Virus record (IMG/VR): IMGVR_UViG_3300032266_000589
Length of the DNA: 64,000 bases
Direction: 5' to 3' (one strand)
DNA from: a virus
Lineage: Duplodnaviria > Caudoviricetes
Shown: piece by piece, positions 40,894-48,884 of the stretch
Numbering within the stretch: position 1 is the first letter of the stretch
Layout: each line of letters opens with the position of its first letter
Position numbers and translations under genes: made by a program
Notes under the pieces: generated by a model
The model's database searches: none
The model's input: the letters and a program-made list of their open reading frames with translations, nothing else
What the model was told of the DNA's origin: nothing

Positions 40894-40971
40894 TATCTCC
40901 TTACTGCATAAGGGTTTACGACGCGGGCGGCGGGCCACGTTTGATGTAAGTCTTTATATAGCAACACTTTA
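40894..40971. repeat. Paired-palindrome element copy 2
   Basis: TATCT-N15-GTTTA, 28-bp G-rich spacer, TAAGT-N15-CTTTA. Confidence 0.85.
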
Positions 40972-40985
40972 CGTTCACTGACTTA

Positions 40986-41000
40986 GCAAACGGTGTGCCA
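40986..41000 (-). promoter_or_regulatory. sigma54 -24/-12 site TGGCACACCGTTTGC
   Basis: Exact TGGCAC-N5-TTGC on the minus strand, 14 bp from box B. Confidence 0.7.
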
Positions 41001-41131
41001 ATAGGGAGGAAAATCGTGATTTCTTTTGTCAAAATCTCTTGACACAAAAATCTCTAGATTGTGCTTGCAAGTTCAAGAATCTCTGGTATAATGTCGATAT
41101 AAGAGTAAGACAGAAAGAAAGAGAAAAGAAA

Positions 41132-41446
41132 ATGAAAAACAAGTTCCCCATCGTCGAAAAAGCCAAGCGTCAAGCCCGTATGTGTTTCCTTGGAATCGCC
41201 ATTCCCACCGCTGTCAAGAGCATCGATGGTGAAATGGTTCAGGTCGAAAAGGTAATCAAGTTCAATCGTACTGCCCTGAAGAACATGGGCAAGAGTAAGA
41301 CCGATAGTGTCGATCCGCGATACGTTGGCGGTGAAGATAAGATGCGGTTCAAGGTTGGAAAGCCGGGAAGTGCTGAACGTGTTGAAGCACTTATCGCACA
41401 GTATGCTAGTCTCTCTGAAGAAGAAATGTCACCCTTTGAGGATTGA
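41132..41446 (+). CDS. Hypothetical early protein
   Basis: 104 aa from ATG 41132 after a promoter; PGS.ER...L..QY motif. Confidence 0.75.
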   Translation: MKNKFPIVEKAKRQARMCFLGIAIPTAVKSIDGEMVQVEKVIKFNRTALKNMGKSKTDSVDPRYVGGEDKMRFKVGKPGSAERVEALIAQYASLSEEEMSPFED

Positions 41447-41637
41447 AAGATGGATACGTTAACATTAAAAGAAGTTGTAAAGATGGCCCGTGAGAATGAT
41501 TTGCATATTCTTATCAAGTCTGAGGGATATGCGTTGTGTGATGATAGTTTCAAAACGCTATTAATCACAAACAGTCTGCGTAACATGGTGTGGTATATTA
41601 ACAACTGCGAAATTCTTGGAATCATAAAGGTATAAAC

Positions 41638-41877
41638 ATGAGCAAGTACAACGGCTGTGCAAACTATCAAACTTGGAATATAAAGCTGTGGATCGCTAAT
41701 GATGAGGGGCTTTATAACTTTGCAAAAGGTTGTGATGATTATGCAGAATTTGTTCAAGGTATGAGAGAAGATGGATATTTTGAAACTGCGGATAATGTAG
41801 CGTGGAATGATAGCGGGATCGACCTTGACGAAATGAAAGAATTTTGGGACGATAATTTTTCTGAAGTTGAGGCTTGA
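41638..41877 (+). CDS. Hypothetical acidic protein
   Basis: YNG.ANY.TWN..LWI.NDEGLY conserved-looking phage motif. Confidence 0.75.
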   Translation: MSKYNGCANYQTWNIKLWIANDEGLYNFAKGCDDYAEFVQGMREDGYFETADNVAWNDSGIDLDEMKEFWDDNFSEVEA

Positions 41878-41942
41878 CAAGTGCCGATAAGTATGGTAGA
41901 CTGTTGTAAGTGTTTTTCAATTAGCAAAAGAGGTGTTTAAGT

Positions 41943-42332
41943 ATGAGTGATTATGTTGTGTTGTGTGCTGTTGTGTTCTTTCTGTTTTGCACGATGATCT
42001 ATTGTGTGTATCGCGGAGTGTACGGTTCGCTATCTTCAGCGAATCTTGGTGAAGTTTACAACTTTCACTATCTCCAGCCTCTCACGGGAGAGTACGAGCG
42101 TTATCTTGCCAAGGTAATCTCAAAGCGTGATATGAAAGAGCAGATTGGATATCTGAATGCTACGAGTAATTATCGTAGATATGATAGCCAGTTTGAGCGT
42201 AGTAACACGCTGGTAACTTGCGAATTGTCAAACGGTGAAATTCGTAACTTTTACGCTGAACGTGTGAGAGATTGCTACCGTTCGATTTTCGGTAGACTAT
42301 TGTACAGTACGGGCATGGCCTGTATGTTCTAA
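41943..42332 (+). CDS. Membrane-anchored WYL/SH3-like protein
   Basis: N-terminal hydrophobic helix; F.Y....GE.ER...V...GEIRNFY.ERV resembles WYL. Confidence 0.55.
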   Translation: MSDYVVLCAVVFFLFCTMIYCVYRGVYGSLSSANLGEVYNFHYLQPLTGEYERYLAKVISKRDMKEQIGYLNATSNYRRYDSQFERSNTLVTCELSNGEIRNFYAERVRDCYRSIFGRLLYSTGMACMF

Positions 42333-42351
42333 GAACGTGCGACACTCGCTC

Positions 42352-42429
42352 TAAGTCTATATCCCACAAGGACTTAGGGCGAATCGCCGCCGCCCCGCGA
42401 AGCGTAAGTCCTTTGCTGGCATACACTTA
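42352..42429. repeat. Paired-palindrome element copy 3 (spacer inverted)
   Basis: TAAGT-N15-ACTTA twice; C-rich 28-bp spacer. Confidence 0.88.
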
Positions 42430-42443
42430 CGTCAAGTCACGAC

Positions 42444-42458
42444 GCAAAAGCTGTGCCA
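42444..42458 (-). promoter_or_regulatory. sigma54 -24/-12 site TGGCACAGCTTTTGC
   Basis: Exact consensus, 14 bp from box B. Confidence 0.7.
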
Positions 42459-42747
42459 CAAATATTTTGAAAATTCTCTGAAGATTTTGCTTGACACGGG
42501 CCGATATATATTGTAGAATGAATTACACAAGGAGAAAAGAGATGACGATTGAAGAAATGAATTACCGTATCGTGAGCCTTCGGATGGACATGGATAACTA
42601 TCGTGCGGCTCGTCAGTTTGGAAAAGTTTCTGAGTTGCGTTTGGAAATCGCCCGCATTGAGGGCGTGATCCGCGAAAAAAATAATCTCAAGTAGGGCTTG
42701 ACAACGGTCGATCTAAGGTATAGAATTCATCACACAAGGAGAAACCC

Positions 42748-42918
42748 ATGAGCTACGATTTTGCGAACGATCTTCTGAACGATCTGGCCGCGTTGGGCAT
42801 TGTTTCCGATCCGATGGTCGAGCCGATTGACGATCCCTCTTACAATGTAGATTTTTGGGATTGGGCGGATGTGGTGGGCGTTGTTGACGAATTCATTCCA
42901 GAGGAGTATACTGTGTAA
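42748..42918 (+). CDS. Small acidic protein (56 aa)
   Basis: AAGGAG SD after a promoter; MSYDFANDLLNDL...DEFIPEEYTV, hand-translated. Confidence 0.65.
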   Translation: MSYDFANDLLNDLAALGIVSDPMVEPIDDPSYNVDFWDWADVVGVVDEFIPEEYTV

Positions 42919-42983
42919 TATGGCGTTCATTCTAATTTGCATTTTCTTTCTTTACCTTACCTGCACACTTGAGGACTAATAAC

Positions 42984-43235
42984 ATGAGCCACCCTGACCC
43001 GTTGTTCGATGCCGATAACTCTTACGAGGATGATGACATGGAAATCCATGATGATACTGCTGATGCTCTCTATGACGATTATCACGATTACCATGACGAT
43101 AGTATGGATGGTGATCATGATTCCGCGATGACTTCCTGCGGATGGGGAACGGATGAGGATTATGGACACTTTTGCGACGATGAGGCTTACGGTTTTTATG
43201 GTGATGATTACGACTATATTGGAGATAACTTTTGA
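42984..43235 (+). CDS. Extremely Asp-rich small protein
   Basis: GAGGA SD; DGDHDSA..SCGWGTDEDYG motif. Confidence 0.75.
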   Translation: MSHPDPLFDADNSYEDDDMEIHDDTADALYDDYHDYHDDSMDGDHDSAMTSCGWGTDEDYGHFCDDEAYGFYGDDYDYIGDNF

Positions 43236-43396
43236 CTGAAGAAGAAAAGCGTATTGAAGAATATAACAAATTCATGGATGAGTGGGCAAAGCGTCCAACT
43301 AATCGTGAGTTGTATGGTAACGGATGTTATCGTCCAGATGAAGTAGCGTTGACTGATGAAGAATATGAAATGTTTGGTTAATACAAAGGAAATAAT

Positions 43397-43624
43397 ATGA
43401 AACTTGGATATCAAAAGTTTGTAGAGTTTGATAACGGTTATTCCGCGAGCATTGTATCTAATGATATGAGCTACGGTAGTGATCGTGGACTATTTGAGAT
43501 TGCTATCCTGCATGGTAGTGAGATCGTATACGATACGGATATTGCTCACGGTGTAGTCGGCTTTCTTGATTTTCAAGATGTAGCAGACACACTCAAGAAA
43601 ATTGAGCAACTTCCGAAACGTTAG
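43397..43624 (+). CDS. Hypothetical protein
   Basis: F.NGY.AS.V....SYG...GLFEIA.L phage motif; AAGGA SD. Confidence 0.8.
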   Translation: MKLGYQKFVEFDNGYSASIVSNDMSYGSDRGLFEIAILHGSEIVYDTDIAHGVVGFLDFQDVADTLKKIEQLPKR

Positions 43625-43627
43625 ACG

Positions 43628-43705
43628 TAAACCCTTGTGAGATAAGGACTTACGACGCGGCGGGCGGGGAAAATTTGTCATAAGTCGTTTACTACCATAT
43701 ACTTA
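43628..43705. repeat. Paired-palindrome element copy 4
   Basis: TAAAC-N15-ACTTA, 28 bp, TAAGT-N15-ACTTA. Confidence 0.88.
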
Positions 43706-43853
43706 CGACGAGTTTTTGTCTAAAGAAAGTGCTTGACAGGTGACGATAACTATGGTACACTAGGTGTAGGAGGATAGAATATGGATGATAGAGAATATAT
43801 ACAACCTGAACAAGATACGATAGACTTTCTGGTTTACGCGGAATATATAAACT

Positions 43854-43952
43854 GGCAACTTAGGCAGATTGGGCAAGATGTGAGAAATGAGATAGATGGG
43901 ATGAGTGCGTAAGATAGGTAATCTAGGTAAGATGGGCAAGCTGGGGAAGTCT
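43854..43952 (+). repeat. Degenerate 9-bp tandem array (11 units, approximately GGYAAKMTR)
   Basis: ggcaactta ggcagattg ggcaagatg ... ggtaatcta ggtaagatg ggcaagctg. Confidence 0.7.
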
Positions 43953-44179
43953 CTGCCTATCTAAGCGGGTCATGTGTTTTTCGCCATAGTCAGCCAAAAG
44001 GAGATTTTATGAAGAATGTGCATGTTTATGATATTAAGACTGAGGATGGTCAATCGTTGATGGATTTGATTATTCCTGTGGATATTGATGCAACGTGGAT
44101 GGATGTGTTTGAGAAGGTTCAGGGAGCATATCTTGACAACGTAGACAGCTATAGCTATACTGAGGTGTAGCCAACAATC

Positions 44180-44252
44180 GGGGGTGTAACTTAGCGACTA
44201 AAGTAGCGGTCTTTTAAACCGTTTATCGTGGGTTTGAGTCCCACCGCCCCCA
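44180..44252 (+). tRNA. tRNA-Lys(TTT)
   Basis: Full cloverleaf; anticodon loop CTTTTAA; D-loop has GA and the T-loop is TTTGAGT. Confidence 0.9.
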
Positions 44253-44304
44253 TTTCGTGTATAATAGAGTAGATGATCACTAACCTTCTACTCTAGGAGT
44301 AATT

Positions 44305-44715
44305 ATGCACAGTAAGAGAAAAGGAAATATAGGCCAATTCGCGGTTGGTCTAGCTTTAACTAAACTTGGATATTCTGTATTCACTGAAGAGGGAGATATA
44401 TCTAAGATAGATATTATAGCTGAGAAGGATGGTAAACTATTAAGGTTTCAGTCTAAAGCTATAACGCCAACAGATAACAAGCTACAGCTACATTTAAAAA
44501 AGAGTGGCCCAAACTATAAATTCACTTATCAGCAAGGAGTATTTGATTACTTTGCTATATACGATTTAGAGGATGGGAATATCTATCTAGTTCCAGATTC
44601 AGTATTGTCAGAAAATAGCCATACTTTTAGTTTGAGAAAAATTCAATCAAAGAATAATCAAACGTCTGGTGTGCATATGGCATCGGACTACTTGATAGAA
44701 AAAATGCTATCTTGA
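44305..44715 (+). CDS. PD-(D/E)xK endonuclease (I-Ssp6803I-like homing endonuclease type)
   Basis: K.KG.IG...V...L...GY.VF......KIDII....G...R.QSK...Y....FDYFA.Y. Confidence 0.8.
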   Translation: MHSKRKGNIGQFAVGLALTKLGYSVFTEEGDISKIDIIAEKDGKLLRFQSKAITPTDNKLQLHLKKSGPNYKFTYQQGVFDYFAIYDLEDGNIYLVPDSVLSENSHTFSLRKIQSKNNQTSGVHMASDYLIEKMLS

Positions 44716-44784
44716 CATTCATAAGGATTGTGAGTATAATATGAGGATGAGGCGTATCCACAAATATCAACTAAGGAGTGATTT

Positions 44785-45039
44785 ATGTCATGGAGAGATG
44801 AGTTCTTCTTCTATAAGGGCTACAATTGTAGAATCGAACATGATTATGAGGAAGATAATGTTAAAGCATGGCATATTGTCGTTGATCAATCTGGTAAAGA
44901 AACTACTGCGGATATAACCCCATATGATAGTTCTCCTGAAGTGGTACGTTTGTGGATTGATGCTGGTATGCCTAAACGTATTGGTAGTGGCCCACTACGC
45001 AGAGAAGATTTGGAGAAGATGATCTATGAGCGAGCCTAA
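44785..45039 (+). CDS. Hypothetical protein
   Basis: TAAGGAG SD after a TTGACA/TATAAT promoter. Confidence 0.75.
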   Translation: MSWRDEFFFYKGYNCRIEHDYEEDNVKAWHIVVDQSGKETTADITPYDSSPEVVRLWIDAGMPKRIGSGPLRREDLEKMIYERA

Positions 45040-45181
45040 TGTCTATTATATCTATAACGAATATGTATTGGGCGACGTAGATTATTATGAGGATATCTAT
45101 GAAGAAATTATTGAGTATGATGACTCTGATGAGTGGTACAATATTGACGAAGCGGAGGCTGATGTTTGAGCGACGATGGAT

Positions 45182-45253
45182 GCCGACATAGCTCAATGGT
45201 AGAGCCACTGATTTGTAATCAGTAGGTTACAGGTTCAAGTCCTGTTGTCGGCT
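45182..45253 (+). tRNA. tRNA-Thr(TGT)
   Basis: Canonical cloverleaf, anticodon loop TTTGTAA. Confidence 0.93.
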
Positions 45254-45254
45254 C

Positions 45255-45325
45255 TCCGGGATGGTGAAACGGTATCACAAAGGATTTTGGTTCCTTTTTT
45301 CTACGTTCGAATCGTAGTCCCGGAA
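45255..45325 (+). tRNA. tRNA-Gln(TTG)
   Basis: TCCGGGA/TCCCGGA acceptor stem, anticodon loop TTTTGGT. Confidence 0.92.
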
Positions 45326-45329
45326 CTAT

Positions 45330-45401
45330 ACATAGGTAGCATAATGGTAATGCCCCAAACTGTTAATTTGTCAGATGTAGGTTCGACTCCTACCCTATGT
45401 G
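45330..45401 (+). tRNA. tRNA-Asn(GTT)
   Basis: ACATAGG/CCTATGT acceptor stem, anticodon loop CTGTTAA. Confidence 0.88.
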
Positions 45402-45405
45402 TTTT

Positions 45406-45478
45406 GGCCCTATCGTCTAGTGGACTAGGACACCACCCTTTCACGGTGGATACTGGAGTTCGAATCTCCATAGGGTCA
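45406..45478 (+). tRNA. tRNA-Glu(TTC)
   Basis: Canonical cloverleaf, anticodon loop CTTTCAC. Confidence 0.93.
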
Positions 45479-45556
45479 TAACTCTATATCTGACAAGTGT
45501 TTAGGACATGCGGGGCGGGCCGCGTTTTTCATAAGTCCTTATCTACCAACACTTTA
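45479..45556. repeat. Paired-palindrome element copy 5
   Basis: TAACT-N15-GTTTA, 28 bp, TAAGT-N15-CTTTA; abuts tRNA-Glu. Confidence 0.85.
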
Positions 45557-45571
45557 CGACAAATTTCTCTA

Positions 45572-45586
45572 GCAAATACCATGCCA
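45572..45586 (-). promoter_or_regulatory. sigma54 -24/-12 site TGGCATGGTATTTGC
   Basis: TGGCAT-N5-TTGC, 15 bp from box B. Confidence 0.65.
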
Positions 45587-45659
45587 GAGATTTTTCTAAA
45601 GATTTCTCTTGACGTTGACGATCTATATGGTATGATGAGTAGACACAAGGGAGACAATT

Positions 45660-46373
45660 ATGCAATTCAGTAAGGGTAACGAGAAGTTGGGTGACGGGTG
45701 CTTGGTTGTGAGTCGTGCTGTGGGCGATACTTGCCCATCATCGTGCGATTTCTTGGGTAACGGCTGTTATGCTGAGAACACTGAGAATATCTTTAAGAAT
45801 AGCCGAGCGGTTGGATTGCGGAATATGATTACAGAGAAGAATCTTATTCGTGCTATGATCGTGGAAGCTATTAAGAAAGAAGTTGCTATCCGTTGGCATG
45901 AACGGGGCGATTTCTTTAAGAATGGTGAACTAGACTGCGAATATGTTGACAATATCGTATGGGCTTGTGAGAGTCTATTGTCTGAGGGTAAAGAATTGCC
46001 AGAGATGTGGGTCTACTCTCATATCTATGATAGTCGTATTGTAAATCAACTTTCTAAGTATATGGTGGTATATGCTAGCGTACACAATAGCGATCATAAA
46101 GAAGCAGCAAGCAACGCCGGTTTCAAATACTTCGCATGGTGCGACACGGATAATGTCTATAGTCCAAAGAAGCCAAGAGGCAAGGCAAAAGTCGAAGCAT
46201 GGCGAAAAGCCTTGCCGAAACTAGCTATCATCGACAACGAGCGGTATATCACTTGCCCCGAGATGCGGCGTGGTCGTCAGGCTGGTGGTGTCACTTGCAC
46301 TGGCACGAAAGATAGTGTAGAATGTAATCTGTGCGTCAAGGGTTTGGCTAATGTTTTGTTTCTCAACCACTAA
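45660..46373 (+). CDS. Gp88-like (radical-SAM-like) protein
   Basis: N.KLG, TCP..C......CYA, IRWHE.GDF, CP.....C..C.LC motifs. Confidence 0.75.
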   Translation: MQFSKGNEKLGDGCLVVSRAVGDTCPSSCDFLGNGCYAENTENIFKNSRAVGLRNMITEKNLIRAMIVEAIKKEVAIRWHERGDFFKNGELDCEYVDNIVWACESLLSEGKELPEMWVYSHIYDSRIVNQLSKYMVVYASVHNSDHKEAASNAGFKYFAWCDTDNVYSPKKPRGKAKVEAWRKALPKLAIIDNERYITCPEMRRGRQAGGVTCTGTKDSVECNLCVKGLANVLFLNH

Positions 46374-46382
46374 GGATGTAAT

Positions 46383-46928
46383 ATGACGATTGTTGGAAGT
46401 TATGAAAACTCTGGAAGCCGTTCAGCTTTCTATGTTATTGATAGTAAGCGTGGATTCAAAGAGTTTGGTGATAAGAGTGAGGCTGAATATGCTCACGCTG
46501 TTCAATCTAAACTGGAAAATTGTGATATGGCCCCATATGTTATGAGTCAAGTGGGCAAGATTCGTATGAGTAATGGCAATTTGTCTGATTGGGGATATAT
46601 TACAGAGATTGCACAGATGATTGGTTGTGGTGGTAATGAGTGTAGTTGTGGCGAGTGTGATGAAGATTACTATTTCATGTATAACGATAAGATTCAAGAC
46701 TTGACAGACAATATGCTACGCATTCTTGGTGTCGAGTTTATGGATAATCATATCGGCAATGTGGGATTCATTCGTCGCAATCGTAAGAAAGTCTTAGTGT
46801 GCATTGACTTTGGCAGTGAGAGTGTGTACGATGAAGATTGTGTAGTTGACCCGCGTGATGATGAAGAATATGAGTGTAACTGCATAGTTTGTCAACAATG
46901 TCAACAACAAAGGGAATTCCATGAGTAA
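46383..46928 (+). CDS. Protein-kinase-like (APH/STK fold) protein
   Basis: G.K.F, D.H.GNVG catalytic loop, IDFG. Confidence 0.7.
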   Translation: MTIVGSYENSGSRSAFYVIDSKRGFKEFGDKSEAEYAHAVQSKLENCDMAPYVMSQVGKIRMSNGNLSDWGYITEIAQMIGCGGNECSCGECDEDYYFMYNDKIQDLTDNMLRILGVEFMDNHIGNVGFIRRNRKKVLVCIDFGSESVYDEDCVVDPRDDEEYECNCIVCQQCQQQREFHE

Positions 46929-47151
46929 GTATTATATTCAATGTGGAAGTCTACAACTTATTTTCAGCACTAGTAAATCAGAGAGTGAAGCGGCGGCACA
47001 AGTATTGTGGGAAAGTAACGAGCATGATGTATTAGATGAATATTTTTATGTAGATGAGCGTGGATATCGTGATTATACTAATGCAGATAAACACACCCAA
47101 GTTATTCCTACGGAAGTTGTAATGAAATTAGCAGATTGGGAAATAGAATGA
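46921..47151 (+). CDS. Hypothetical protein
   Basis: Coupled ORF, M.KYY.Q.G.L...V.ERG motif. Confidence 0.7.
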   Translation: MSKYYIQCGSLQLIFSTSKSESEAAAQVLWESNEHDVLDEYFYVDERGYRDYTNADKHTQVIPTEVVMKLADWEIE

Positions 47152-47153
47152 CG

Positions 47154-47231
47154 TAAACCCTTGCTACCATTAGACTTATGGCGGGCGGGGCCGGGGCGAT
47201 TTGACGTAAACCCTTATCAATTAAAGACTTA
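47154..47231. repeat. Paired-palindrome element copy 6
   Basis: TAAAC-N15-ACTTA twice; 28-bp G-rich spacer. Confidence 0.88.
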
Positions 47232-47319
47232 GAACAAATTTTGAGAAAGCCTAAAGTCCTATCCGTAGAGTGTCGATAAGTAGTGTATGGACAGGAAGTG
47301 TGTAAAAAGGAGTGGAGAG

Positions 47320-47682
47320 ATGATTCAGTGGGTTGGGATACTGATTACCATAGTGGGCTTGGCATATACGGGACTTAAAGATTACCAAAAAGGTGATATT
47401 AAATTTCCCCAAATGCCACAGAAAACGGCCTTGACAAAGGTAATTTATCCGGTACAATATTGTTTAATGGCTTACGATCCAAACGTCGATAAAGTCTTTT
47501 ACCTACATGAGAATGGAATATGGCATGACTATGCACCACAACAACGAAGATATGAGGCCACGCCGCAACGTGGTCAAGCTCAAGGTCAAGAAGCCGTGGG
47601 AAGTTCCTACGGGACACAGAGAACATCGGGATACGGTTATGGACAATCGGCCCAAGCGTCAACGAACACGCAAAGATATTGA
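47320..47682 (+). CDS. Putative membrane-anchored protein
   Basis: GGAG SD and N-terminal hydrophobic helix. Confidence 0.6.
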   Translation: MIQWVGILITIVGLAYTGLKDYQKGDIKFPQMPQKTALTKVIYPVQYCLMAYDPNVDKVFYLHENGIWHDYAPQQRRYEATPQRGQAQGQEAVGSSYGTQRTSGYGYGQSAQASTNTQRY

Positions 47683-47842
47683 AAAGGGGTGGCGAAATGA
47701 GTACAATATGTAGTGAGTGTGGCAGCAGCAACATAGGATACGATGCTTGGGTTGATAAGGATGGCAATGTAGTTGGTGGGCCATACGACAATTCCATGTG
47801 TATGGATTGTTCATCATCGAACGTAACACAGAAAGAAATATA

Positions 47843-48172
47843 ATGCCATATATTGATGAAACAAGTCGTAAGGTATTAGATGGGGCCATAGATGATCTGG
47901 CTAACATCATTACTAACTTTTCAGAATTAGATAATGAAGATGTAATGGTTGTGCTGGGTGATTTGAATTACTGTATGAGTAGATTGATTGGTCAAGTGAT
48001 GGGCAATACTTCATATGCGAAGGTTGCTATGCTCACGGGCGTACTTGAGAATGTAAAGCAAGAATTCTATCGTCGTGTGGCAGTACCTTACGAAGAAGAA
48101 AAGATTGTTCAGAACGGCGACATCAAAGAATACAAAAATCGACACTTGACAGGAAAGAATCGCACGATATAA
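47843..48172 (+). CDS. Hypothetical protein (MPYI...G.LNY...EFYRR..VPYE..K...NGD family)
   Basis: Motif common in phage ORFs. Confidence 0.8.
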   Translation: MPYIDETSRKVLDGAIDDLANIITNFSELDNEDVMVVLGDLNYCMSRLIGQVMGNTSYAKVAMLTGVLENVKQEFYRRVAVPYEEEKIVQNGDIKEYKNRHLTGKNRTI

Positions 48173-48181
48173 TAGAGAAAC

Positions 48182-48264
48182 AAGCAGATGAGGGCCGCTG
48201 GCAGAATGATATCAAAGTAGCCACGGTTAAATGGCTGTCGAGTATGGCTCAACCCTATCTGCTT
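48182..48264 (+). ncRNA. Candidate structured RNA 1
   Basis: Begins at the predicted TSS of TTGACA(48146)/TATAAT(48168); closing stem AAGCAGAT-g-AGGG/CCCT-ATCTGCTT; internal stem GTAGCCA/TGGCTGT. Confidence 0.5.
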
Positions 48265-48277
48265 TATAATACAAACT

Positions 48278-48415
48278 ACGTGGGTCCATGCCTTGGACTA
48301 GGTTGGGTAACTCATTACGATAAGCCCCGCATGTCGCGGCAGCGATGGGGCTGACAGTGCCGGTTACGCACTGGATAGTAATGCCAATCTATGGGGGATC
48401 GCGTCCTCACCACGT
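48278..48415 (+). ncRNA. Candidate tRNA-like multi-stem RNA 2
   Basis: Nested stems ACGTGG/CCACGT, GTCCA/TGGAC, TAGGTTGG/CCAATCTA, CATTAC/GTAATG, AGCCCC/GGGGCT, CAGTGC/GCACTG, TGGGG/CCTCA. Confidence 0.65.
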
Positions 48416-48597
48416 TTATAATACAAAGGAGAAGAGATGACTAAAGAAGAAGCGATGGTATTTATTCTTAGGGTTCTTAAAAACCCCATGATGGTTATGA
48501 GTCCCGATAAAACTAAAGCTATGAACCTAGCAGCAGAGCATAACATTAGTGGTATCGATCTGATTAAAGCCTACGAAAATATTGTTATGAGGATATA

Positions 48598-48867
48598 ATG
48601 CAGTGGATTAGTTTCTTTGGTCCTCGCCGCCCTATCAACGGGCAAAAGATTATATACTATGGCGAGCCTATTGGTGTGTGGCGTGGGAATTACGTTATAG
48701 ATCGTAAAGACCCACACTGTGAACATCTTATTATATGTAGTGAGGCTATGGGTGTCGTAGATCGTATGGATGCCCCGTGGTGGATGCCAGATGAGGGGCA
48801 AGAGAAACCCTCTAAGCCATCAGAAGATTATCCAAAAGATTATCCAGCCCTTGACAAACTAAACTAA
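48598..48867 (+). CDS. Hypothetical protein
   Basis: 89 aa with a GAGGA SD. Confidence 0.7.
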   Translation: MQWISFFGPRRPINGQKIIYYGEPIGVWRGNYVIDRKDPHCEHLIICSEAMGVVDRMDAPWWMPDEGQEKPSKPSEDYPKDYPALDKLN

Positions 48868-48884
48868 GCCTGTATAATAGGGAC

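Noticed and set aside
45245-45481. 78-aa ORF
   Set aside because: It lies entirely over three tRNA genes.
48182-48264. Hammerhead or pistol ribozyme in RNA 1
   Set aside because: CAGATGAG is not the CTGATGA core and no GAAA partner is positioned correctly. Pistol-like words (AGGGCC, TTAAAT) are not in the required pairing order.
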